The position numbers and the translations under genes were made by a program. DNA of 64,000 nt from Pseudomonadota bacterium (GTDB taxonomy: Bacteria > Pseudomonadota > Gammaproteobacteria > Burkholderiales > SG8-39): the NCBI GenBank assembly GCA_027624175.1, contig JAQBXT010000005.1, positions 13,429 to 77,428 on the forward strand. Direction: 5' to 3'. Below the pieces are notes generated by a model, which saw only the letters and a program-made list of their open reading frames with translations, was not told where the DNA came from and searched no databases. Shown one piece after another: positions 49,175 to 57,837 of the stretch. Position 1 is the stretch's first letter, and each line of letters begins with the position of its first letter.

Positions 49175-50335
49175 CTACTTGAGGTGCTTCGAGGGCAGGA
49201 TGCCCATGTACTTGCAGATGATGCCGAGCATCACCTCGTCGGCGCCGCCGCCGATCGAGCCCAGGCGCCCGTCCCGGTAGGCGCGCGACACCGGGTTGTC
49301 CCAGGTGTAGCCCATGCCGCCCCAGTACTGCAGGCAGGCATCCGACACCTCGCGGCGCAGGCGCCCGGCCTTGAGCTTGGCCATCGAGGCGAGCTCGGTG
49401 ACGTCCTCGCCCGCGACGTACATCTCGCAGGCGCGGTAGGTGAGGGCGCGCAGCGCTTCCACCTCGGTCTTGAGTTCCGCGAGGCGGTAGTGCACGTACT
49501 GGAAGTCGAGCACCGTCTGCCCGAACATCTTGCGCTCGCGCACGTATTCGATGGTTTCGCTGATGGTGCGCGTGAGTCCCTGCACGGTGCTCGCCGCCGC
49601 CCACAGGCGCTCTTCCTGGAATTGCTGCATCTGGTAGGTGAAGCCGAAGCCCTCTTCGCCGATGCGGTAGCGCTGCGGCACGCGCACCTCGTCGAAATGG
49701 ATCAGCCCCGTGTCCGAAGACATCATGCCGATCTTGCGGATTTTCTGCGCCTTGACCACGCCCTTGCTGTCCATCGGCACGCAGATCAGCGTCTTGTTCT
49801 TGTGCGGCGCGCCCTCCGAGGTATTGGCGAGCAGGCACATCCAGTCGGCCTGCAGGCTGTTGGTGATCCACATCTTCGCGCCGTTGATCACGTAGTCGCC
49901 GCCAACTTTCCTCGCGGTGGTCTTGATCGACGACACGTCCGACCCGGCGCCCGGTTCGGACACGCCGAGGCAGGCCACGTAGTCGCCCGAGATTGAGGGT
50001 GCAAGGAACTGCTTGCGCAACTCGTCGGAGCCGAAGCGCGCCAGCGCCGGCGTCGCCATGTCGGTCTGCACGCCGATCGCCATCGGCACGCCGCCGCAGC
50101 GGATATGGCCGAGGGTCTCGGCCATCACCATCGAGTAGCTGTAGTCGAGCGCCGCGCCGCCGTAGGCTTCCGGCTTGGTGAGGCCGAGCAGCCCCAGGTC
50201 GCCCAGCTTCTTGAACACCTCGTGCGCGGGAAACTGCTCCGCCGCCTCCCACGCGTCGACATGCGGGTTGATCTCGTTGTCGATCAGGCGCTTCAGGTTG
50301 CGCCGGATTTCTTCGTGTTCCTGGGTGAACTGCAT
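49175..50335 (-). CDS. Acyl-CoA dehydrogenase, AtuD/citronellyl-CoA dehydrogenase-like
   Basis: The ATG at 50335 gives MQFTQEHEEIRRNLKRLIDNEINPHVDAWE...CLGVSEPGAGSDV...SIGGGADEVMLGIICK. Confidence 0.85.
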   Translation of the reverse strand: MQFTQEHEEIRRNLKRLIDNEINPHVDAWEAAEQFPAHEVFKKLGDLGLLGLTKPEAYGGAALDYSYSMVMAETLGHIRCGGVPMAIGVQTDMATPALARFGSDELRKQFLAPSISGDYVACLGVSEPGAGSDVSSIKTTARKVGGDYVINGAKMWITNSLQADWMCLLANTSEGAPHKNKTLICVPMDSKGVVKAQKIRKIGMMSSDTGLIHFDEVRVPQRYRIGEEGFGFTYQMQQFQEERLWAAASTVQGLTRTISETIEYVRERKMFGQTVLDFQYVHYRLAELKTEVEALRALTYRACEMYVAGEDVTELASMAKLKAGRLRREVSDACLQYWGGMGYTWDNPVSRAYRDGRLGSIGGGADEVMLGIICKYMGILPSKHLK

Positions 50336-50793
50336 GGGCGCGCGTCCTTCGTCGTGTCTGGTCGGGCGATGGTAGAACACAATCGATGCGGCCTCTGGCA
50401 TCGAGAAGCACGCGCATCGCGGGACGATTCTACTGCGGTCGGACCGGTCAATCGGATCGGGGATTCGGCCCCCGTGCGGTCTGCGTCCTTGCGTCTGCTA
50501 CAGATCCGCCTGGACCAGCCACGCCGGTCCTGACCTACCACCCGGTTCCCGACATCGCCTGAATCCGCTGCGCGAGTGCGCGCTCGTATTGCCTCGAACG
50601 TTCATGGCACTAGCGACGCCTGGCCGATAGATTTCCATGTGGATTTATGCCAATAAGGGCTCTCGACGCGACATGGGCGCCAGTGCGCTGTGCGTCGGGG
50701 CTAGGTAGCATCAAGGGGGATTTCATGGAACGTGGCGCGCACAGCCTCGGACATATTTTCCTATTCGTTCGGGGGTGTAATATTCTCAACGGC

Positions 50794-50991
50794 ATGGACG
50801 AGCCAATTCATCCGGTTCAGCTTGAGGCGTTGAAACGCGCGACGCCGGCACAGAAGCTGGAGATGGTTGGCGCGCTATACGAAGCCGGCATCCTGCTGCG
50901 GATGGCGGGTTTGCGCATGACGCACCCGGATTGGCCGGCCGACCGGCTCGAGCACGAGGCGCGCCGCTCGCTGCGCCATGCCGGCACCTGA
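50794..50991 (+). CDS. Small helical hypothetical protein (65 aa), partner of the downstream NTase-fold gene
   Basis: MDEPIHPVQLEALKRATPAQKLEMVGALYEAGILLRMAGLRMTHPDWPADRLEHEARRSLRHAGT. It overlaps the next ORF by 14 nt. The start is uncertain (in-frame ATGs also at 50647 and 50725, but their codons look non-coding). TAATAT lies 10 nt upstream of 50794. Confidence 0.5.
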   Translation: MDEPIHPVQLEALKRATPAQKLEMVGALYEAGILLRMAGLRMTHPDWPADRLEHEARRSLRHAGT

Positions 50992-51538
50992 TCCGTTCGC
51001 GCCGTTTCTCGATCCGCTCGAGCGCCTGGGACTGCGCTACTGCATCACTGGCTCGGTCGCGGCCAGCGTTTACGGCGAACCGAGGCTGACAGCTGGCATC
51101 GACGTGGTCCTGCTGTTGCGGCCGCAGGACATTCCCCTCTTGCGGTCCGGTTTTCCGGACGCCGACTACTACACGCCGCCCGAAGGGACTATGCGCGAAG
51201 CAATCGCGCGCAGCGCACACGGGATGTTCAACCTGGTCCACCACAAGAGCCAGTTCAAGGCCGATATCTATGTCGCCGCCGGGGATCCGCTGCACGCCTG
51301 GGCGCTCGAGCACAGGCGCCGCATCGATTTGCCGGGAGGCGGGGCCTGGATTGCGCCGCCCGAGTACGTGATCTTGCGCAAACTCGAATTCCTGCGCGAA
51401 GGAGGATCCGACAAGCATCTCCGGGACATCCGGTTCATGTTGGCCGCGACCGCCGTTGACCGCGCGTTCATTGAACGGGAAGTGGCGCGCCTCGGCGTGC
51501 AGGCGCAATGGCGCTCAGCGGGCGGGTACCAGCCTTAG
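50978..51538 (+). CDS. Nucleotidyltransferase-fold (minimal NTase-like) hypothetical protein, 186 aa
   Basis: LRYCITGSVAASVYGEPRLTAGIDVVLLL fits hG[GS]x9-13[DE]h[DE]h, but with Gly at the first acidic position. A later acidic strand (KADIYV) and C-terminal PPEYVILRKLEFLREGGSDKHLRDIRFML are typical of this kind of NTase. Confidence 0.6.
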   Translation: MPAPDPFAPFLDPLERLGLRYCITGSVAASVYGEPRLTAGIDVVLLLRPQDIPLLRSGFPDADYYTPPEGTMREAIARSAHGMFNLVHHKSQFKADIYVAAGDPLHAWALEHRRRIDLPGGGAWIAPPEYVILRKLEFLREGGSDKHLRDIRFMLAATAVDRAFIEREVARLGVQAQWRSAGGYQP

Positions 51539-51611
51539 CTTTTCGCCAATAGCGGTACGCGATGCGACCGGGGACGGACAGGTTCTCGTATCCGTTGGAT
51601 GCCATGCCGGG

Positions 51612-53222
51612 TCAGGGCCTGGCGACGCCGAATTGAACGGGCCGAACGGCGCGCGCATCGCCTTCCTTGCAGATCGACAGCACATAGCCAAGCACATTGC
51701 GCGTATCGCGCGGGTCGATGATGCCGTCGTCCAGCAGCAGCGCCGAGGTGACCAGCGCGCTTTGCTGGCGCTCAAAGTTCTCCACGATCTTCGCCTTCAG
51801 GGCGTCGATCTGCGGGTGGTCCACGTCCTGGCCTTTTCTTTTCATGCCGGCCTCCATGACGATCGCCATGGTGAGCGCGGCCTGCTCGGCGCCCATCACC
51901 GCGGTTTGCGCGTTGGGCCAGGAAAACAGGAAACGCGGCTGGTAGCCGCGCCCGCACATGCCGTAGTTCCCGGCGCCGAAGGAGGCGCCGCACATCAGCG
52001 TGATCTGCGGCACGTTGGCGTTCGACACCGCCTGGATCATCTTCGAGCCGTGCTTGATCATGCCCGCTTCTTCTGAAGCCTTGCCGACGATGTAGCCGGT
52101 GGTGTTCTGCAGGTAGAGGATCGGCAAGCCCACCTGGCAGCAGGACTGGATGAAGTGAGTCGCCTTGTTTGCGCCCGCCGGGTCGAGCGGCGCGTTGTTG
52201 GTGAGGATGCCGACGCGAAAGCCCTGCACAGTCGCGTGCCCGCACACCGTCGCCGGCCCGTAGTCGGCCTTGAAATCGAGGAAGTCGGAATCGTCCACGA
52301 TGCGCGCGATGGCTTCGCGCATGTCGACCGGCTTTCTGTAATCCTCCGGAATCACGCCGAGCAGTTCCTCGGCAGCGTAGCGCGGCGGTTTGCCCGCCGG
52401 CGTGAAGGACGATTTCCAATCCAGGCGCGAGAGCACTTCGCGCGCGTAGCGGATGCCGTCGGCGTCGTCTTCTGCGAGGTACTCGCCAAGACCCGAGACC
52501 TGCGTGTGCATCACCGCGCCGCCCAATTCCTCGTCGGTGGCGATTTCGCCGGTGGCGGCTTTGAGCAGCGGTGGCCCGGCGAGAAAGGCCTTGGCCCGCC
52601 CGCGCACCATAATTACGTAGTCCGAGAGCCCCGGCATGTAGGCGCCGCCGGCAGTGGAAGAACCGTGCACCACCGTCACCACCGGCAGGCCGGCAGCAGA
52701 GAGCTTCGCCAGGTTGTAGAAGATCGCGCCGCCGTGGATGAAGCCCTCGACGCGGTACTTGAGCAGATTCGCGCCCGCCGATTCGACCAGGTGCACGAAC
52801 GGCAGCCGGTTCTCCAGCGCGAGGCCCTGCGCGCGGATCAGTTTCTCGCGCCCCATGTGCTGGATCGCGCCGGCGTCGATGCCCGAATCGCTCGCCACCA
52901 CCATCGAGCGCACGCCGGACACGTAGCCGACGCCCGCGATCATGCCGCCGCCGGGGATGGTCTTCTCCGGGTCGGGATGGTCCAGGCAGTAGCCGGCCAT
53001 GGACGACAACTCGAGCCAGGGCGCGCCCGCATCGAGCAGTCGCGCGATGCGCTCGCGCGGCAGAAGTTGCCCGCGCTTTTTGAACAGCGGCCTGGCTTTG
53101 GCGGATTCGTCGCGCGTGCGCGCCTCCATCTGCCGCAGGCGCTCGATCAGCTTCAGCATGCCCGCGCGGTTGCGCAGGAACGCCTCGCCGGTGACTTCGA
53201 TTTTCGATTGGATCAGGGGCAT
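51612..53222 (-). CDS. Acyl-CoA carboxylase beta (carboxyltransferase) subunit, AtuC/LiuB-like
   Basis: The ATG at 53222 gives MPLIQSKIEVTGEAFLRNRAGM... (536 aa). GGGMIAGVGYVSG, VHGSSTAGGAYMPG and CGASFGAGNYGMCGR. The 21 extra N-terminal codons of the track ORF are rejected. Confidence 0.88.
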   Translation of the reverse strand: MPLIQSKIEVTGEAFLRNRAGMLKLIERLRQMEARTRDESAKARPLFKKRGQLLPRERIARLLDAGAPWLELSSMAGYCLDHPDPEKTIPGGGMIAGVGYVSGVRSMVVASDSGIDAGAIQHMGREKLIRAQGLALENRLPFVHLVESAGANLLKYRVEGFIHGGAIFYNLAKLSAAGLPVVTVVHGSSTAGGAYMPGLSDYVIMVRGRAKAFLAGPPLLKAATGEIATDEELGGAVMHTQVSGLGEYLAEDDADGIRYAREVLSRLDWKSSFTPAGKPPRYAAEELLGVIPEDYRKPVDMREAIARIVDDSDFLDFKADYGPATVCGHATVQGFRVGILTNNAPLDPAGANKATHFIQSCCQVGLPILYLQNTTGYIVGKASEEAGMIKHGSKMIQAVSNANVPQITLMCGASFGAGNYGMCGRGYQPRFLFSWPNAQTAVMGAEQAALTMAIVMEAGMKRKGQDVDHPQIDALKAKIVENFERQQSALVTSALLLDDGIIDPRDTRNVLGYVLSICKEGDARAVRPVQFGVARP

Positions 53223-53284
53223 GGGCCGCGCAACAAAGAAGGCATCTGCTTGGTCAGTGTCCACCATTGGAATATGATCCGTCA

Positions 53285-54439
53285 ATGATCCCCCGGACCC
53301 TGTTCACGCCGGAGCACGAGACCTTCCGCGACAGTGTGCGCAGGTTCATGGAGGAGGAGGTCAAGCCGCACGACGAGCGCTGGCAGGAGCAGGGCTACGT
53401 GGATCGCGAAGTGTGGCTGAAGGCCGGCGCCAACGGCTTCCTGTGCGCCTCGATGCCCGAGGAGTACGGCGGCTCCGGTGCGGACAAGCTCTACAGCGTG
53501 GTGCTGATGGAAGAGCAGGCGCGCGCCAACAACTCGTCGCTGGGCTGGGGGCTGCACTCGGAAATCGTCGCGCCCTACCTCCTGCGCTACGGCAGCGACG
53601 CGCTGAAGAAGAAGTACCTGCCGAAAATGGCCGCCGGCGAGATGATCGGCGCCATCGCCATGAGCGAGCCCGGCGCGGGCTCCGACCTGCAGGCGGTGAA
53701 GACCAGCGCGCAGAAAAAGGGCGACAAGTACGTCGTCAACGGCTCGAAGACCTTCATCACCAACGGCTGGCACTGCGACCTGGTGATCGTGGTGGCGAAG
53801 ACCGACCCGGCGAAAGGCGCCAAGGGCACCAGCCTGGTGGTCGTCGACACCACGATGAAGGGTTTCACCAAAGGCAAGCGGCTGAAAAAGCTGGGCCTCA
53901 AGGGCCAGGACACGGCGGAGCTGTTTTTCGACAACGTAGAAGTGCCGGCGGAGAACCTCCTCGGGCAGGAGAACAACGGCTTCATCTACCTGATGCAGGA
54001 GCTTCCCTGGGAGCGCATGCAGATCGCGATCGCGGCGGTGGCGAAAGCCGAGGCGGCGATCGAGTGGACCAAGACCTACGTCAGCGAGCGCAAGGCCTTC
54101 GGCAAGCTGGTGTCGAGCTTCCAGAACACGCGCTTCAAGCTGGCGGAACTTGCCACCGAAGTGCAGATCGCACGGGTATTCGTCGATCGTTGCCTGGAGT
54201 TGCTGCTGGAGAACAAGCTCGACACCGCCACCGCTTCGATGGCGAAATACTGGGTCACCGACCTGGAGTGCAAGGTGATCGACGAGTGCCTGCAGCTGCA
54301 CGGCGGCTACGGCTTCATGTGGGAGTTCCCCATCGCGCGCGCCTACGTGGACGCACGCGTGCAGCGCATCTACGGTGGCACCAACGAAATCATGAAAGAA
54401 GTCATATCCCGCTCAATGGGACTGGGAGGCAAGGACTAG
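53285..54439 (+). CDS. Acyl-CoA dehydrogenase
   Basis: The ATG at 53285 gives MIPRTLFTPEHETFRDSVRRFMEEEV...AMSEPGAGSDL...RIYGGTNEIMKEVISR. Divergent from the carboxylase beta gene across a 62-bp spacer. Confidence 0.88.
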   Translation: MIPRTLFTPEHETFRDSVRRFMEEEVKPHDERWQEQGYVDREVWLKAGANGFLCASMPEEYGGSGADKLYSVVLMEEQARANNSSLGWGLHSEIVAPYLLRYGSDALKKKYLPKMAAGEMIGAIAMSEPGAGSDLQAVKTSAQKKGDKYVVNGSKTFITNGWHCDLVIVVAKTDPAKGAKGTSLVVVDTTMKGFTKGKRLKKLGLKGQDTAELFFDNVEVPAENLLGQENNGFIYLMQELPWERMQIAIAAVAKAEAAIEWTKTYVSERKAFGKLVSSFQNTRFKLAELATEVQIARVFVDRCLELLLENKLDTATASMAKYWVTDLECKVIDECLQLHGGYGFMWEFPIARAYVDARVQRIYGGTNEIMKEVISRSMGLGGKD

Positions 54440-54483
54440 GGGACTGACCCCATTTTCATTTTTTGAAAATGGGGTCTGTCCCC
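54439..54483. repeat. 45-nt near-perfect palindrome (20-bp arms, 1 mismatch, TTTTT centre) between the acyl-CoA dehydrogenase and thiolase genes
   Basis: GGGGACTGACCCCATTTTCA-ttttt-TGAAAATGGGGTCTGTCCCC, starting in the TAG stop codon and ending 15 nt before the thiolase ATG. The core is AT-rich in a GC-rich genome. Confidence 0.85.
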
Positions 54484-54498
54484 CTTTAGGAGACCGAT

Positions 54499-55716
54499 AT
54501 GGCAAAGAGTGCACACGAAGCAATGATCTTCGACGCGATCCGCACGCCGCGCGGCAGGGGCAAAGGCGACGGGTCGCTGCATGAAGTAAAGCCGGTGGCG
54601 CTGCTCGCTGGCGTGCTCAGGGAACTCCAGCAGCGCAACGATCTGGACACCGCCGAGGTGGAGGACGTGGTGATGGGCTGCGTCACGGCTTCGGGCGAGC
54701 AGGGCTCCTGCATCGCCAAGACTGCGGCGCTGGTCGCGGGCTGGGACTGGAAGGTGCCCGGCGTGCAGCTCAACCGCTTCTGCGCTTCCGGCCTCGAGGC
54801 CGTGAACCTCGCGGCGCAGAAAGTGCGTTCGGGCTGGGAGGACCTGGTGGTGGCGGGCGGCGTGGAGTCCATGTCGCGCGTGCCGATGGGCTCGGATCGC
54901 GGCGCCTGGGCCTGTGATCCGCAAACGAGCCTGGACACCGCGTTCATTCCCCAGGGCATCAGCGCCGACCTGATCGCCACGCTGGAGGAATTCTCGCGCG
55001 AGAACATCGACGCGTTCGCGCTCAGGTCGCAGAAAAAAGCCGCCGCCGCGCGCGAGGCGGGCCGCTTCAAGAAATCCCTGGTGCCGGTGAAGGACTCTGT
55101 CGGCAGCGTGATCCTGGACCATGACGAGTTCATCAAGCCGCACACCACGCTGGAAGGCCTCGCCGCGCTCAAGACCTCGTTCGACAAGCCGGGCGAGTTG
55201 GGCTTCGACGCGGTGGCCATCCGCCGCTACCCGCAGGTGGAGCGTATCCGCCATGTGCACACTGCGGGCAATTCCTCGGGCATCGTCGACGGCTCCGCCG
55301 CCCTGCTGATCGGCAGCGAAAAGAAGGGCAAGGCGCTGGGCCTGAAACCGCGCGCGCGCATCGTCGCCGCGGCGCTCTCCGGCGCCGACCCGACGATCAT
55401 GCTCACCGGGCCGATGCCTGCGGCGCGCAAAGCGCTCGCCAAGGCGAAAATGAAGATCAGCCAGATCGATCTGTTCGAGATCAACGAAGCCTTCGCCGTG
55501 GTGCCGATGAAATTCATGCAGGAACTCGGCGTGCCCGAAGAGAAAGTAAACGTGAACGGCGGGTCGATCGCCATGGGCCACCCGCTCGGCGCCACCGGCG
55601 CGATGATCCTCGGCACGCTGATCGACGAGCTGGAGCGCCGCAAGCTGCGCTACGGCCTGGCCACGCTGTGCGTCGGCGGCGGCATGGGCATCGCCACCAT
55701 CGTCGAGCGCCTCTGA
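54499..55716 (+). CDS. fadA: Acetyl-CoA C-acyltransferase (3-ketoacyl-CoA thiolase)
   Basis: [11 protein letters not shown] (active-site Cys), [17 protein letters not shown] and CVGGGMG. Confidence 0.92.
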   Translation: MAKSAHEAMIFDAIRTPRGRGKGDGSLHEVKPVALLAGVLRELQQRNDLDTAEVEDVVMGCVTASGEQGSCIAKTAALVAGWDWKVPGVQLNRFCASGLEAVNLAAQKVRSGWEDLVVAGGVESMSRVPMGSDRGAWACDPQTSLDTAFIPQGISADLIATLEEFSRENIDAFALRSQKKAAAAREAGRFKKSLVPVKDSVGSVILDHDEFIKPHTTLEGLAALKTSFDKPGELGFDAVAIRRYPQVERIRHVHTAGNSSGIVDGSAALLIGSEKKGKALGLKPRARIVAAALSGADPTIMLTGPMPAARKALAKAKMKISQIDLFEINEAFAVVPMKFMQELGVPEEKVNVNGGSIAMGHPLGATGAMILGTLIDELERRKLRYGLATLCVGGGMGIATIVERL

Positions 55717-57827
55717 TGCCGGTGCGCTACGAAAAGGGTGACGACGGCATCGTCACCCTGACCTTCGATGCGCCTGGCGCGCCGGTCAATACCATGACTG
55801 CCGCGTGGCAGAAGGCATTCGCTGCTGCGGTCGAGCGCCTGATGAAGGAAAGGGACGCTATCGCCGGCGTCATCCTGTGCTCGGCAAAGAAGACCTTTTT
55901 CGCCGGGGCCGAGCTGAAGGACATCCTGAAACTCACCGAGGCGGATGCCCCGCGCCTGTTCCAGGAGATCGAGGAGACGAAAAAGCACTTTCGCGCGCTT
56001 GACCGGCTCGGCAAGCCGGTGGTCGCGGCGCTCGAGGGCGCGGCGCTCGGCGGCGGCTGGGAACTGGCGCTCGCCGCGCATTGCCGCATCTGCCTGAACG
56101 ACGAGCGCATCGAACTCGGACTGCCGGAAGCGACGCTGGGCCTGCTGCCCGGCGCGAGCGGCGTCACCAAGACCGTGCGCCTGCTCGGGCTGCAGGCTGC
56201 GCTGCCGATGCTGATGGAAGGCCGCACCCTGCGCCCGCAGGAAGCAGCCAAACTTGGCCTGCTGCAGGGCCTCGCCGCGACTCGCGAAGACCTGTACCGC
56301 ATGGCGCGCGAATGGATCGCGAAGCACCCGGCGCCGAAGCAGCCCTGGGACGAAGAGAACTACCGCATGCCCGGAGGCACGCCAGCGAGCCCGCAGATCG
56401 CGCAGATGCTCAGCATTGCGCCGGCCATGCTGGTGGAGAAGACACGCGGCCTGTACCCGGCGCCCGAGGCCGTGATGGCCGCGGCGGTGGAGGGTGCGAG
56501 CGTGGACTTCGACACCGCGCTCAGGATCGAGTCGCGCTACCTCGCCAAGCTGGCGGTGAGCCCGGTGGCGAAAAACCTGATCACGCTGTTCTTCAATCGC
56601 ACCGCGATTCGCGCCGGCGCTTCGCGTCCCAAGGACGTGCCGAAATGGAAGGCGACGAAAGTCGGCATCCTCGGCGCGGGCATGATGGGCGGCGGCATCG
56701 CCTGGGCCAATGCGAGCCGCGGCGTGCCATGCATCCTCAAGGACGTGACGCTGGAACAGGCACAAAAGGGCAAGGCCTATGCCGAGGCGTTGGCGGCGAA
56801 GCGCAACCGGCCGCAGGTCCCGGGGCTTATCACGGCCACGGCCACCGCGTCCGACCTGCAGGGCTGCGACCTGATCATCGAAGCGGTGTTCGAAAAGCGC
56901 GAACTCAAGGCGCAGGTGACGAAAGAGGCCGAGCCGATGCTCGCGCCGGGCGGCATCTTCGCCTCCAACACCTCGACGCTGCCGATCACGGGCCTCGCGC
57001 AGGCGAGCGCGAAGCCCGAGAACTTCATCGGGCTGCACTTCTTCTCGCCGGTGGACCGGATGGCGCTGGTCGAGATCATCAAGGGAAAGAAGACCTCCCC
57101 CGAAACGCTGGCGCGCGCCTACGACTACGTGCTGCAGATCGGCAAGACGCCGATCGTGGTGAACGACTCGCGGGGTTTTTACACCAGCCGCACCTTCGGC
57201 ACCTTCGTCGCCGAGGGCTGCAGCATGCTCGCCGAGGGCATTCCCGCGGCCGTGATCGAGAACGCGGGCAGGCTCGCCGGCATGCCGGTGGGCCCGCTGG
57301 CGGTGATCGATGAAACCTCGATGTCGCTCTCGGTGCAGGTGATGGATCAGGCCAGGGCAGACCTCGAGGCCGAAGGGAAGAAGTACGCGCCGCAACCGGG
57401 ACAGGAAGTGATCCAGCGCATGGTGAAGGAATTCGAGCGCCCCGGGCGCGCCGGTGGCGGCGGGTTTTACGAGTACCCGAAGGAAGGCAGGAAGTTCCTC
57501 TGGCCGGAGCTGGAAAAGATCTTCGGCGAGAAGGGCGCGAAGTGGGATTTCGAGGAGCTCAAGGAGCGGCTGCTGTACCGCCAGGCGATCGAGACCGCGC
57601 GCTGCCTGGAGGAGGGCGTGCTCGAGCACGTGCACGACGGCAACATCGGCTCGATCTTCGGCATCGGCTTTCCGGCCTGGGCCGGCGGCGCGCTGCAGTA
57701 CGTGAACCACGTCGGCACGAAGAAGTTCGTCAAGCGTGCCGAGGAACTGGCGAAGAAGGTCGGCCCGCGCTTCGCACCGCCCAAGCTGCTGCGCGAGCTG
57801 GCGGCGAAAAACAAGCCGCTCCTCTGA
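55716..57827 (+). CDS. Multifunctional enoyl-CoA hydratase/3-hydroxyacyl-CoA dehydrogenase (FadB/FadJ-like)
   Basis: The ATG at 55716 overlaps the thiolase TGA. N-terminal crotonase region FFAGAELKD...GAALGGGWELALA, followed by the Rossmann motif VGILGAGMMGGGIA; 703 aa. Confidence 0.9.
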   Translation: MPVRYEKGDDGIVTLTFDAPGAPVNTMTAAWQKAFAAAVERLMKERDAIAGVILCSAKKTFFAGAELKDILKLTEADAPRLFQEIEETKKHFRALDRLGKPVVAALEGAALGGGWELALAAHCRICLNDERIELGLPEATLGLLPGASGVTKTVRLLGLQAALPMLMEGRTLRPQEAAKLGLLQGLAATREDLYRMAREWIAKHPAPKQPWDEENYRMPGGTPASPQIAQMLSIAPAMLVEKTRGLYPAPEAVMAAAVEGASVDFDTALRIESRYLAKLAVSPVAKNLITLFFNRTAIRAGASRPKDVPKWKATKVGILGAGMMGGGIAWANASRGVPCILKDVTLEQAQKGKAYAEALAAKRNRPQVPGLITATATASDLQGCDLIIEAVFEKRELKAQVTKEAEPMLAPGGIFASNTSTLPITGLAQASAKPENFIGLHFFSPVDRMALVEIIKGKKTSPETLARAYDYVLQIGKTPIVVNDSRGFYTSRTFGTFVAEGCSMLAEGIPAAVIENAGRLAGMPVGPLAVIDETSMSLSVQVMDQARADLEAEGKKYAPQPGQEVIQRMVKEFERPGRAGGGGFYEYPKEGRKFLWPELEKIFGEKGAKWDFEELKERLLYRQAIETARCLEEGVLEHVHDGNIGSIFGIGFPAWAGGALQYVNHVGTKKFVKRAEELAKKVGPRFAPPKLLRELAAKNKPLL

Positions 57828-57837
57828 TGGCCCGGTC

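Noticed and set aside
47418-50417. 999-aa ORF suggesting a giant fusion protein. Other N-terminally extended track ORFs: 25468-27294, 33550-34848, 34436-36220, 39248-40462, 60096-61238 and 555-1877.
   Set aside because: Only the C-terminal parts match real families. The extensions overlap the preceding, well-supported gene in another frame and look like junk. Internal starts with ATGA/TGATG coupling or an SD give family-typical N-termini.
50628-50639. The 12-mer AGATTTCCATGT is shared between the cassette spacer (50628-50639) and the vapBC island spacer (58722-58733). A 7-mer GCCAATA flanks the NTase cassette (50648-50654 and 51545-51551). Both were considered as possible element ends or target-site duplications.
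   Set aside because: A rough estimate gives hundreds of chance 12-mer matches in 64 kb at this composition, and about one 7-mer match between two 100-bp windows. No extended similarity surrounds either repeat.
50794-50991. The small partner protein as a HEPN toxin, because its C-terminal RRSLRH fits Rx4-6H.
   Set aside because: 65 aa is roughly half the size of a HEPN four-helix bundle, and the motif is trivially frequent in Arg-rich sequences. The gene order is also opposite to MntA-HepT. It is kept only as a remark in the finding.
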